A stretch of DNA of 64,000 bases from a virus. Taxonomy: Duplodnaviria; Caudoviricetes. A model generated the notes under the pieces. The model had not been told where the DNA came from and did no database searches. It saw only the letters and a program-made list of their open reading frames with translations. Shown piece by piece: positions 26,542-35,682 of this stretch. Position numbers and translations under genes: made by a program. The DNA is taken from IMG/VR virus record IMGVR_UViG_3300036773_000046, positions 1 through 64,000 of that record. One strand, 5' to 3'. How positions within the stretch are numbered: the first letter of the stretch is position 1; the number at the start of each line of letters is the position of its first letter.

Positions 26542-27236
26542 GACGCCACCCCCGGATGCATGATCGCTCCGAGCAGTTGCTCGCACCACTCATCACGTAT
26601 GTACTGAAGATCACGATACCTTTGTGGGTTATTGTCAGTGATATCTCGATTGAGTCGGTCTTGGTGTGTCTGGTCAAGTGGACCCTTGCCGACGGCAGGG
26701 TGCATGTGCTCGGTCAAGATCTCAGGAATGAAGATGCGACGACCGATCCGCTCAGCGACACGATCTATCCATAGATCTGCAAAGTCGCAGGAAAAATAGG
26801 ATGGCAAGAACTCACCGACGATCTCCACCCACTCCTTGCTCAGGAACCCGTGCGTGCCGAGGTTCTGATCGTGAACGCCGTCACGTCCGTACACAAACGC
26901 TATGCGGTCTGGGATCTTGTCGAACGCGGTCTTGACGTGAAGATCCCAGTCGGGCGTGCGGAACCGAATGTCGTCGGCGCAGTGCATGTATATATCCCCG
27001 TGGGCGTGATCATACGAGTCGTTCCACAACGCGGACATCGTGTCTCGACGACCAGAGACCCAATGAACTTGACCTCTCGCGCCTCGTGACCGCAGCAGAT
27101 CATACGACGAGTCGTCATCGTCAACACGCACCACCATTTCAACGTCATCAATGTCCGTGGCAGTCTCGCACGCGGTGTGCCACATCTCTACGAGCTGTGT
27201 GGGTCGCCCCCGGCTTGGAAGCAACAGCGAGATCAC
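26538..27236 (-). CDS. GT-A glycosyltransferase
   Basis: Motifs LLLPSRGRP, RVDDDD, HCADDIRFRT.DWD and EH.HP..GK...D.T. Confidence 0.8.
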   Translation of the reverse strand: MISLLLPSRGRPTQLVEMWHTACETATDIDDVEMVVRVDDDDSSYDLLRSRGARGQVHWVSGRRDTMSALWNDSYDHAHGDIYMHCADDIRFRTPDWDLHVKTAFDKIPDRIAFVYGRDGVHDQNLGTHGFLSKEWVEIVGEFLPSYFSCDFADLWIDRVAERIGRRIFIPEILTEHMHPAVGKGPLDQTHQDRLNRDITDNNPQRYRDLQYIRDEWCEQLLGAIMHPGVAS

Positions 27237-27463
27237 TGCGGCACCTTTGTGTTCGCCTTGTCCACGGCGTTGAGCACCTTGAACATCTCCAGCAGGTCGT
27301 TCTCCATCTTCACTTGTTCGCTTGAGTGTGGAATCTTATGGTTCTCATTGAGCAGCTCCCTAAGCTGCGTGAGGTAAACGTCCATGACCGGCGGCGACGC
27401 CACTAGTCTGTCGTACCGCATGCGTACGGACTGCACACGTTCCTTCGTGGTCATGGTGATCAT
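27233..27463 (-). CDS. Hypothetical protein
   Basis: Coupled to the terminase stop (ATGA). Confidence 0.5.
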   Translation of the reverse strand: MITMTTKERVQSVRMRYDRLVASPPVMDVYLTQLRELLNENHKIPHSSEQVKMENDLLEMFKVLNAVDKANTKVPQ

Positions 27464-28836
27464 TGCGGCCTCCGCGTCAGGCGACGGTGCGCCATCTGAC
27501 TGCCGCCGAAGGACCCGACGGCCTTGAAGATTGTGGACACCAACTTCATGTACCACGCGGGCCACACCATCGCGTCAAGACGGTCGGGTGACCAGTCAGA
27601 CGAGTCGACCCACGTACAGAGCTGATCTTCAAGCTCAGGGTGTTCGTTCACCATGTGCCATCGCCCCTGCACGGCCATCGCCGACACGGGCTGCGCACGC
27701 GGAGACTTACCACGCGACGCGTGAACGGTCTTCACTGGGATCGGAACGCCCATGTGCTCGGCGGCCGTGGTGATCGTGCTGACGGCCATGTCGCCGCCGA
27801 AGTTCGTCTCGACGATTACCGCGTTAGCCTCCCAGTCCACCGCAGTCTGCACCGCCGCACGGCCCCAGCCCTCGGGGTTGGTGTGCACCGTTGCGTCCTT
27901 CAGCACGAACCCGTGCTTAGTTGGTCGACCCTTCGACTCGGCAGTGATGATCTGCCCCGAGCCGACGACGACGATTCCCTGCTCGCCAGCACCACCCGAT
28001 GGGTCGACGCCAACCGCGATCTTGTTCATCCACCCGGGTGCTACCGTGAGTCGGTTGTCGTTGAGGTTGGCGCGCGTAAAGAGCGCGTTCTCGTCCTGCT
28101 CCACCAGGCGGCCGTAGAGTTCCTGCGCGCCAATCGTGGTCCCGGCGTACGCCTCCTCAAGATCGTCCTTGACCGACTGCGGTAGGTAAGGGTTGTCGTA
28201 CATCGTCGCGTACGTCAACACGACGTTGCGGTAGTCACCCTTCGCCAACTTCTTAATGAGTGGACGTGGCTTAGGAGTCGTCGACCCGATCCACCGCGGG
28301 TGCTTGCCGATGCGAAGACCGAAGCGAAACTGATCCCAGGCGTCCTTCAGGTAGCGCCACGCAGCCATCTCTTCTGCCCAGACAAGGCACACATTGCCGC
28401 CCGCTCGAAGTCGCTCGATGTCGTCCGGATCACGGGTGCCAAACATCTTAGCCTGCGAGCCGTTGGGCCAGGTGATCAGCAGCCCACCGGGCTTCGACTG
28501 CATTTGTGCCTCGGGTGAGTAAGTGTGAATGCCGGACGGACCAGCGAAGCACGCGGTGGCCGCGTCACCTAGCGTCGGCGCGATGATCGCCATCCAGTGT
28601 GGCGTCGGGCCGGGTAGGCAGGGTGGTCCGTTGACGTGTCGCACCATGTAATTCGAGCAGGCGTCCGTCTTGCCGGCACCACGACCGGCGAGTAGCATCC
28701 ACCCGTACCAATCATCGCCAGGAGGCGGCACCTGGTGTGGCAGCGGCTTCCACCTAGGCCGCAACACCTGCTTCTGAATGTTCTGCGCGATGATCTCACG
28801 CAGGCGCTCTTCAGGATCGCCCTGCCAGTTCGCCAC
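27460..28836 (-). CDS. terL: Terminase large subunit
   Basis: Walker A AGRGAGKT, Walker B-like VWAEE, TTP, and RNase H-like nuclease motifs GVDPSGG and PDRLDA. Confidence 0.93.
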   Translation of the reverse strand: MANWQGDPEERLREIIAQNIQKQVLRPRWKPLPHQVPPPGDDWYGWMLLAGRGAGKTDACSNYMVRHVNGPPCLPGPTPHWMAIIAPTLGDAATACFAGPSGIHTYSPEAQMQSKPGGLLITWPNGSQAKMFGTRDPDDIERLRAGGNVCLVWAEEMAAWRYLKDAWDQFRFGLRIGKHPRWIGSTTPKPRPLIKKLAKGDYRNVVLTYATMYDNPYLPQSVKDDLEEAYAGTTIGAQELYGRLVEQDENALFTRANLNDNRLTVAPGWMNKIAVGVDPSGGAGEQGIVVVGSGQIITAESKGRPTKHGFVLKDATVHTNPEGWGRAAVQTAVDWEANAVIVETNFGGDMAVSTITTAAEHMGVPIPVKTVHASRGKSPRAQPVSAMAVQGRWHMVNEHPELEDQLCTWVDSSDWSPDRLDAMVWPAWYMKLVSTIFKAVGSFGGSQMAHRRLTRRPQ

Positions 28837-28851
28837 GCGTGATCACCGCCC

Positions 28852-29136
28852 TCAGCCCAACGTGCCGAAGGGAACGTGCGTGGCGGTGATCAAGCCCGAT
28901 CCCGCTTCACGCGACGCATTCAGCAACGAGTCGCCGAGTTCCTTCGCACCAGCCGAGTTAAGGAACACGTACTTCACGCCCGACGCGTCGTGGATCTCCA
29001 GCACCACCGCCTGCGTGCCGTCAGACATCGGCAGCACCTTAGTCTCGACGCGCTGCGGCACCGGGCTCGGCGGAACGACGATCTGAAAGATAGGTCCAGG
29101 CATCATGCGGGAAGATCCATTTCTTGCCGGTGGCAT
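28852..29136 (-). CDS. Hypothetical protein
   Basis: Coding-like ORF just upstream of terL. Confidence 0.5.
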   Translation of the reverse strand: MPPARNGSSRMMPGPIFQIVVPPSPVPQRVETKVLPMSDGTQAVVLEIHDASGVKYVFLNSAGAKELGDSLLNASREAGSGLITATHVPFGTLG

Positions 29137-29480
29137 CGACGGGAAGTGCGTTGACAGCGCATCGCACGACGCATGTCATGCGCAAGTTCGTAGGAGAGTC
29201 GGTAAAGCGTCATTATCTCAGTAATGGTGGCGCCACGCGCAAATGATCGTTCCACGTTCTCCTTGAGAACTGCGCGTGCGCCCGGAGACAGCGTGCTTCG
29301 ACTGGTAATTATCACGACGCCTCCCACCGACATGACCACCTAAAGTTGTGACAAGGATGAAGTCGCCTTGGAAACGGCGTGGTGGGTAGTGCGGCTGCGA
29401 CGGCACAACGAGCACACGACCCGTGACCGTCAAGATGTGCGGAGGCAGGGTGGTCGCAGAAGCAGATGTCCTGTGAGGGA

Positions 29481-29768
29481 CTACTCGTCGAGCTCGTCGA
29501 GTTCATCTGCGTCAAGCTCATGAAACTCACCGGCCACCGAAAGGTTGCGCTTCTGCATGTTCATCCAGTGAAGCGCCTCATCGAGCGTCTGCACGTACTT
29601 AGTCATCGTCACGGTCATCATGTAGTGCTGCACACCCTCGTGCTCACCGGTGTCCGCACTTACCATGAAGTGCGTGTCACCTAAGTGCAGTTCCGACGCG
29701 ACGAGAACGGTCATTCGCTTGCCTCCTACTACGCGAACGGTAGCAAACGGCGAACGGTCGAACGTCAC
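29481..29768 (-). CDS. Hypothetical protein
   Basis: Coding-like ORF in operon order. Confidence 0.5.
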   Translation of the reverse strand: MTFDRSPFATVRVVGGKRMTVLVASELHLGDTHFMVSADTGEHEGVQHYMMTVTMTKYVQTLDEALHWMNMQKRNLSVAGEFHELDADELDELDE

Positions 29769-29778
29769 ATAACAATGA

Positions 29779-30357
29779 TCAGGACTCGTCGTCCGAAGGC
29801 GGAAGCTGCGGCGGAAGCGCGTCGCCGCCGGGTAACTCTCGATCTCCGACCAGCGCCTGATGCATCGACTCCAACGCGTGAATGCGCTGATCGGGTGAAA
29901 GGTCCAGTGAGTCGAGACCGGCGACGAGCGCGTCGGTGATCAGTCGACCCTCCATGTCCAGCCGACGAATCATCGCCTCGGCCACACCCGCGTCGATGGC
30001 CATCTTGGCAGTTCGCTGCAGTATGCGCTCTTCGTTGCGAGACTCGGCCATCCAGGCGCGCGCCTCCTGCGGCGGCACCTCGGGGTTCCCTTCGCCAGTC
30101 TCTTCACACTGCGCACGCCACCTCTTCATCACCTCGTCGGTAACTCGATCGCAGATGCGAACCCGACGTGCGCGACGCTTCACGCCCAGCAGCAACGCGT
30201 CCCAGGGCGAGATGTCTTCAAGATCGGCGATGTCGAACGTGTCCATCCAGATCTTAACCTCCAGCGTCGAACCGGACCAGCGTGGAGACGCATCGCCCGT
30301 GTTTCGACGGTGCCGCGCCTCCTGGTACGCCTTGACGCTACGCCGTGGGAGTGGCAT
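29779..30357 (-). CDS. Putative terminase small subunit-like protein
   Basis: The C-terminal KMAIDAGVAE..IR..D.EG.LI..AL..GL pattern is typical of actinophage proteins upstream of terL. Start moved to ATG 30357. Confidence 0.5.
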   Translation of the reverse strand: MPLPRRSVKAYQEARHRRNTGDASPRWSGSTLEVKIWMDTFDIADLEDISPWDALLLGVKRRARRVRICDRVTDEVMKRWRAQCEETGEGNPEVPPQEARAWMAESRNEERILQRTAKMAIDAGVAEAMIRRLDMEGRLITDALVAGLDSLDLSPDQRIHALESMHQALVGDRELPGGDALPPQLPPSDDES

Positions 30358-30898
30358 CAGTCCACTCCATCCACCGTCGGTTGAGGTTGAAGTCGGTCCA
30401 GTCGGCGGGCATGATAAACCGACCGCCACCACCTGACGGCCGTGGCATCTTGCGCACCGAGTAAAGGTATGCCGCAAACGACGAGCACACGACGTGTCCC
30501 GGAACACCCGTGCCGTGCCAGTCTTCAGAGAAGAGGTTGTGAATGCCGAGCGACATCAGCGTGTCGGTCATGATCGCATCCCAGTCGTAGGCACGTCCTA
30601 GCATCACCTCGGCCTGGGTGACGACCCATGAACGGTCGGCCAGCTCTTTCGGCTGATGCACGTTAGAAGTGGTGCGTGGATCGCGCAGGTAGTTGGTTAG
30701 GTCGGCCCAGCCAACGCCGCCTGGCTTGCCTTCCAAGCCCCACCAGACGCCGTTCGTCTGATGATGCACGACGACGACGTGGTTATTGAGCCCAATCTTG
30801 CCACGCAAGATCTCGCCAATGTCGATCAGCTTAGTGGACAGACCCGTCTTCGTGGCGACGGCGAGGACGTCGGCGGGTTGCACCTGCAGCGTTGACAT
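30338..30898 (-). CDS. Permuted papain-like (YiiX/NlpC-P60 superfamily) enzyme
   Basis: N-terminal NHVVVV, central LGRAYDW and C-terminal VVCSS.AA (His before Cys). Confidence 0.7.
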   Translation of the reverse strand: MSTLQVQPADVLAVATKTGLSTKLIDIGEILRGKIGLNNHVVVVHHQTNGVWWGLEGKPGGVGWADLTNYLRDPRTTSNVHQPKELADRSWVVTQAEVMLGRAYDWDAIMTDTLMSLGIHNLFSEDWHGTGVPGHVVCSSFAAYLYSVRKMPRPSGGGGRFIMPADWTDFNLNRRWMEWTDATPTA

Positions 30899-30907
30899 GG
30901 TCTGATC

Positions 30908-31954
30908 CTAACGTAGCCACTCTGAGTGGGTAAGCGTCCACTCGACGGTCTTTAGCAACGAAGCTTCGAGTGGCACAGGTGGCTTCCAACCCAGCGTACC
31001 AATGAGGTCGCCGTTCAGCGCGTAGCGTAAGTCGTGTCCCGGCCGTGAGCTATGAAAATCGACGATCTTCGACTCGGGTACGGCACGTCCACTCAGCCAT
31101 CCGGTGTGCGCCGCAACGATGTTGAAGATCTCTTGGTTGGTGAGCTCACGCTCGCCGACGACGTTGAAGCGCAGCAGGTCGGCACGCGCGTCGGCGGCGT
31201 GGTGCAGAGGCTTGATGTTGTCGATCAGCCACACCAACGCGTCGGCCTGGTTGCGTGCGTGCAGGTAGAAGCGCGATCCCGTCTTACCCGTCTTGGGATC
31301 GCCGTGAAGTTCCATCACCTCGCCGGCAAGAACCGACTTGATGATTTTCGGCACCATCTTCTCGGGATCTTGCATCTCGCCGACGAGGTTCATCGTGTTC
31401 GTGATTATGATGGGTAGCCCGTAGGTGCGCCAGTAAGAGAAGCACAGCGACTCCTGCGCCGACTTGCTCGCGGAGTAAGGGTTGGACGGACGGTGTGGTT
31501 CACCCTCTTCGTGTCGGTACCCCTCGGGCGCGGGACCGTAGACCTCGTCGGTGCTGATGTGAATGAACTTGCTAACGCCGGGTCGTCGCTGGCGCAACCA
31601 CTCCAGCATCGTCAACGTCACCGCCACGTTGTTCTCGACGAACTCTCGTGGCTGCTCGATGCTGCGATCCACGTGCGACTCGGAGGCAAGATCGAGAACA
31701 AAGTCCACCTTGCCCATGTTCACGTCAAGTTGCGGAGAGATTGGGACGCGAAGATCGTGCGCGAACACGCTCACGCGCGCCGCGTCTTCGCCCTCCAGCT
31801 GCTGCCGAATGCGATCGGTCTTACCTCGATGTCGAAACGAGTCCAGCGCGACGATCTCCCAGTCGGTAGTCTCAAGCACGTGACGCAACACGTGAGACCC
31901 AACGAAGCCACCCGCTCCAGTGACGAGTACTCGTTGCCTAGACGGCATAATCAC
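30908..31954 (-). CDS. rmlB: dTDP-glucose 4,6-dehydratase-like NAD-dependent SDR
   Basis: Motifs TGAGGFVG, LASESHVDRSI, HISTDEVYG, PSNPYSASK and RPGHDLRY. Confidence 0.9.
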   Translation of the reverse strand: MIMPSRQRVLVTGAGGFVGSHVLRHVLETTDWEIVALDSFRHRGKTDRIRQQLEGEDAARVSVFAHDLRVPISPQLDVNMGKVDFVLDLASESHVDRSIEQPREFVENNVAVTLTMLEWLRQRRPGVSKFIHISTDEVYGPAPEGYRHEEGEPHRPSNPYSASKSAQESLCFSYWRTYGLPIIITNTMNLVGEMQDPEKMVPKIIKSVLAGEVMELHGDPKTGKTGSRFYLHARNQADALVWLIDNIKPLHHAADARADLLRFNVVGERELTNQEIFNIVAAHTGWLSGRAVPESKIVDFHSSRPGHDLRYALNGDLIGTLGWKPPVPLEASLLKTVEWTLTHSEWLR

Positions 31955-32020
31955 TTCCCAGTTCGAAGTTGTAGGGCCTCGTAATGACGCTATAGAGCTT
32001 TTCGGATTCCGGAGTCTCGG

Positions 32021-32332
32021 TCACAGTTCGAGCCGTTCCAGAGTCATGTTGATCATATCGATCAGGTTCCGCGCCCGGTTGGTCTGCACTTGAAGGAATT
32101 GCACTTGCTGTGATCGTGCATCATCACCGTCCGACGTCACTCGAATAGCCGAATTTGGATCAGCAGTCGGCACCGGAGTCAACACCGGTTCGAGGGATCC
32201 GATCAACTGAGTGATCGACTCGTGCAACAATCCGTATGTCTTGTCCAATTCGATCGACGCTCGGGTCACCGGCGACTCTTGTGGATCACGAGCTACCGCC
32301 TCGCGTGACGGTGAATTTTCGAAGTCTCTCAT
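32021..32332 (-). CDS. Hypothetical protein
   Basis: Coiled-coil-like, 103 aa. Confidence 0.55.
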   Translation of the reverse strand: MRDFENSPSREAVARDPQESPVTRASIELDKTYGLLHESITQLIGSLEPVLTPVPTADPNSAIRVTSDGDDARSQQVQFLQVQTNRARNLIDMINMTLERLEL

Positions 32333-32335
32333 TAC

Positions 32336-32629
32336 TCAACCTTTCTGTTCATTCATTTGGTTCTTGATCAATCTCAGGGTCATGTCGATGATCTCTACGG
32401 TGACGCCAGCGGACTGCCCGTAGGTAGCCCACGCGAGCGCGCACCGACGGCATGGGCAGGTGGACTTCTTGTTGCCCTTACGCTGGTTACACTTGTAACA
32501 CGCGTACACGACGTTGGACACGCCGTTGATGACGACGCCGCTAAGCCCACTGGCCCGCAGGATCGCCTTGGGTACGATGTGATCGCGAGTCGTGCCGCCA
32601 GCATCCGACCCACAGTAGTGACATACCAT
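32336..32629 (-). CDS. HNH endonuclease
   Basis: Motifs CHYCG, TRDHIVP and NVVYACYKCNQRKG. Confidence 0.88.
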   Translation of the reverse strand: MVCHYCGSDAGGTTRDHIVPKAILRASGLSGVVINGVSNVVYACYKCNQRKGNKKSTCPCRRCALAWATYGQSAGVTVEIIDMTLRLIKNQMNEQKG

Positions 32630-32633
32630 TTGC

Positions 32634-32819
32634 CTACGCGGACTGTAGTTCCGTCATGAAGTCGTCGTTGAGGCGCCCGATGCAGTCGGCGCACAGGATG
32701 AACGAGCGACTAGGGTGAGCAAGCACAGAGACGCACGCCCAGTTGCGGGGAAGATCCAACTTCATTCCCTGGACAACGGGCGGCGACTCTTCGCGCGTGC
32801 AGCGCTTGCACTTGCTCAT
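32634..32819 (-). CDS. Small Zn-finger-like hypothetical protein
   Basis: CxxC...CxxC. Confidence 0.5.
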   Translation of the reverse strand: MSKCKRCTREESPPVVQGMKLDLPRNWACVSVLAHPSRSFILCADCIGRLNDDFMTELQSA

Positions 32820-32828
32820 GCGGTGAAC

Positions 32829-33071
32829 CTACTTGCTCTTGGGGCCCTGCACTTGATCCGGAGTGGCGTCGACCTGCGCCGGGTCGGGCGCGCTGTCGCT
32901 CTCCTGCGCGGCCTTCACCTGCGACTCGTCGGGTACGGTCGGGTCGTCCGACGCGGACACCTCGGTCTCAGACTCTTGCCGGTCCGCCGTGCTTGAGTTC
33001 GTCATTGCGTTCTTCAGCGTGTCGTTCACCGTGTCGCCGCCAACGACGTCCTTCAACTTCTTCTCGGTCAT
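32829..33071 (-). CDS. Acidic low-complexity hypothetical protein
   Basis: AGGAGAG RBS. Confidence 0.6.
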   Translation of the reverse strand: MTEKKLKDVVGGDTVNDTLKNAMTNSSTADRQESETEVSASDDPTVPDESQVKAAQESDSAPDPAQVDATPDQVQGPKSK

Positions 33072-33117
33072 GATCTTCTCTCCTAGAAGTGGCCCGATAC
33101 GTGTAGTCTAACCGCCG

Positions 33118-33381
33118 TTAGAGATCAACGGTGACGATGGGAGGAGGCAACGGAACCCTGCCAGCTGCGATCATGATCGTGTGTCGTCTCGCCTCGGCGA
33201 GGGTGCGCGCGCCAGTCGGATACCGCACGACCTCGCCACCGTCACGCCACCGACCGTAGCACTTACCCGACCGTGTGACCGCACTTGAGTCGGCGCACTC
33301 GTGCACCTCGTGTGGCCCACGAAGCCGGCAGTGACAGGCGCTCAACGTCGCCTGACAGATGGGAAGCGCATCATCACTCAC
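33118..33381 (-). CDS. Cys/His-rich hypothetical protein
   Basis: Motif CHCRLRGPHEVHEC. Confidence 0.5.
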   Translation of the reverse strand: MSDDALPICQATLSACHCRLRGPHEVHECADSSAVTRSGKCYGRWRDGGEVVRYPTGARTLAEARRHTIMIAAGRVPLPPPIVTVDL

Positions 33382-33560
33382 GCGGTCGCATCCCTCATGC
33401 CCTTAGGCTGACGTCCCGGCTTGCGACGTAGCTCTTCACCCGTCGCCAGGGCGGACCCGTGCCAACGCTCACCCTGACCGTTAGGCGGTAGGACTACGAT
33501 GCGGTCGCCGACGCGCACACGACGTGCGGTGAATCGTTCACTTTCGTCAAGAACTGCCAT
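33378..33560 (-). CDS. Hypothetical protein
   Basis: RBS AGGAAGA; coupled to the next ORF. Confidence 0.5.
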   Translation of the reverse strand: MAVLDESERFTARRVRVGDRIVVLPPNGQGERWHGSALATGEELRRKPGRQPKGMRDATA

Positions 33561-33599
33561 TGCGTAATCTTCCTAAGTGTTTACGAGGTGGGAGTGGTC

Positions 33600-33990
33600 C
33601 AGACGGATGTCCTTCTTACGGTAGACGGCCGGTGTGATCAACGGACGACGGTAGGAGCAAGGACCGTCGCGCTTACCGTCTAGCGTGTCCTGGCAGGACA
33701 CCCTTCACGGAACGAAGGGAGCCGCTAGTCCCGGGCCACTAGCCCCACCTCCTCGGGTGACCTCACCTTGCGCTGCAACGCGTTAGGCTTGTTGGTCAAG
33801 TTCAGTTTCAATCCTAGCAACGTCTTAGGTCAACTCATCGCCACGGAACTCTTATGGGCCCCGGCGACTTCCAGCTGTTGAGGGCGTGGGGGTGGTCCGC
33901 CCCAGCCTGGAGCTGTCGTCCCGCAGGGAGTCGGTGAACGACGTTATCGCCGAGGCCGTTTGGTTGTGCGTGTTCAACGTAGCGCACCAT
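33600..33990. ncRNA. Candidate structured RNA or leader
   Basis: ORF-free gap of about 470 nt packed with nested and serial inverted repeats (see findings). Confidence 0.4.
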
Positions 33991-34034
33991 ATCTCTCAAT
34001 CTTCATTGAGAACTCGACTGTCAATAAAGCGCGC

Positions 34035-34478
34035 TCACGCTTTCTCCGCGGCGTGACGCATTACCTCGGCGGCGCAGTGCGCGGACGGACGGTAACAGTC
34101 GTTCCACGTCCACACGAGCCCAAGCCCAATTGGCATCTCGTGATAGAGTCTCTTGCCATTACTCCTCGCAGAGTATGGCGCCACCTCATCGGCGATGTAG
34201 TTGCCGAGCAGCTCCACCGCCTGCTTGGCGTCACGGCGTGGTCGCTTATACTCCGAGTACGGGCTTACGTGATCGCCGAACACCGAGTAGTCCTTGATCT
34301 TGGAGATACGCTTTGGCGAAAAGCCCGCGCCCAGCAAGATCGCGCCAAGCGGGCACACCTCCGCATCGTCGAGATCCTCGGCCAAGATGTCGATTAGCTG
34401 GCCGTAATGCGCACCACGTCGTTCCAGCTCATCGGCGCCGTCAAGCAAGATTTGCTTGGGAGTCTTTCTAGTGGTCAC
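34035..34478 (-). CDS. DUF6197-like hypothetical protein
   Basis: Pattern L...ADELERRG..YG...CPLGAI...WND. Confidence 0.55.
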   Translation of the reverse strand: MTTRKTPKQILLDGADELERRGAHYGQLIDILAEDLDDAEVCPLGAILLGAGFSPKRISKIKDYSVFGDHVSPYSEYKRPRRDAKQAVELLGNYIADEVAPYSARSNGKRLYHEMPIGLGLVWTWNDCYRPSAHCAAEVMRHAAEKA

Positions 34479-34666
34479 AGTTCACCCGCCGGTTGACGAT
34501 GTGAGTTTGCTTCAACATTTTGATCTTCCATTCCTTCGAGTTAATGGTTTCCTTCGAAGTCAATCGTACCAGCGTTAGCTGGACACCGTCGCACACCGTA
34601 GCGAGGAGGGGCGGACGTGGAAATGCCCGCCCTTCCACAGTGTGTGCTACAGGCCCAAACGCCGAC

Positions 34667-35023
34667 TTAAGATCGACGGCGGTGGCCGCGTTCGCGAGGT
34701 AGCCAACGCCCGCGTTGTCTTCCCACCGGCGTCGCACGCCAGCGTGCGGTCTGGTTCACGTAATCGTCGGGAAGATCACCGTAAGTGTAGTCACGCCCGT
34801 CCATCCACGGCCCGAACCAGATCACATCCTCACGTCGGCCGGTAACGCGATGCGCCACGTACGCGACGTGCGCGCCCTCGTGATTCTTCGGCAGCGAGCA
34901 GCGATGACGGCTTCCTGGCAACGGCAAGGCGTTTGCCCTGGTTGCGTCGCCAGCCATCATGGACATGCGGCAGAGATGTGACCAGTCGCGCAGGGTGCGC
35001 ACAGGTTGATCTTCTTCAGTCAT
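34667..35023 (-). CDS. Hypothetical protein
   Basis: Motif HRCSLPKNHEGAH. Confidence 0.5.
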   Translation of the reverse strand: MTEEDQPVRTLRDWSHLCRMSMMAGDATRANALPLPGSRHRCSLPKNHEGAHVAYVAHRVTGRREDVIWFGPWMDGRDYTYGDLPDDYVNQTARWRATPVGRQRGRWLPRERGHRRRS

Positions 35024-35514
35024 ACTACCCTTCCTACTAGCTTATTTTGCTCGTGCGTTTCGGTACCCTCAGTGAACCACGTCACGGGTACTCCCGCGTC
35101 ACGCGCACGGCGGATGGTGGCCCACGTGCCCGACCGGCGATGCCGTGACTCTTGCCCCGACGGGAGCGCGAGAATGAGGTCGCTGCACTGCACCACGTCT
35201 AGGTTGCGCACCATGGGTGGCTTGACCTCGTGCGTGACGTCAGACGTGGTGAACGCGCGCATGCCCTCGATGTCGCACGGGTGTGAGTGGATGACCGGCA
35301 GGCACGGGTCACGACGGTAGCCACCGTCCTCATCCGTGTAAGCTAGGTTGGTGCGGAACCACAGCGTCAGCCGCGCGAAGAACTCGTCCGCGCCGACGCA
35401 GTCGCCGTGATGTACCTCGGTCACGTCGTCGCGCAGCTCGAGGTACCGTGAGATGAGCCAGAGCCGCTGATCGTCCGTGGGGACGGAGCGGCGACCCGTG
35501 AAGCCTAGTCGCAT
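35020..35514 (-). CDS. SLOG (DprA/Smf-like) family protein
   Basis: Motifs LGFTGRR, VHHGDCVGAD, RNLDVV...D.ILALP and SGTWATIRRA. Confidence 0.75.
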   Translation of the reverse strand: MRLGFTGRRSVPTDDQRLWLISRYLELRDDVTEVHHGDCVGADEFFARLTLWFRTNLAYTDEDGGYRRDPCLPVIHSHPCDIEGMRAFTTSDVTHEVKPPMVRNLDVVQCSDLILALPSGQESRHRRSGTWATIRRARDAGVPVTWFTEGTETHEQNKLVGRVV

Positions 35515-35530
35515 GGCCAGATCATAACGG

Positions 35531-35662
35531 CTACACGCCACCCCGAAGCGCCACGGCGATGAGGATGATGCCGCCGATCACGAGTAGCCAAAACAGCGGG
35601 TGCACCGCTAGTCCGAGCACGAGCGCGGCAATGATGATGATGACGGCGAGAAGGATCAGCAT
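35531..35662 (-). CDS. Small two-helix membrane protein (43 aa)
   Basis: Translated by hand: MLILLAVIIIAALVLGLAVHPLFWLLVIGGIILIAVALRGGV. Confidence 0.6.
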   Translation of the reverse strand: MLILLAVIIIIAALVLGLAVHPLFWLLVIGGIILIAVALRGGV

Positions 35663-35682
35663 GATTCGAACTGTACGCCGCG

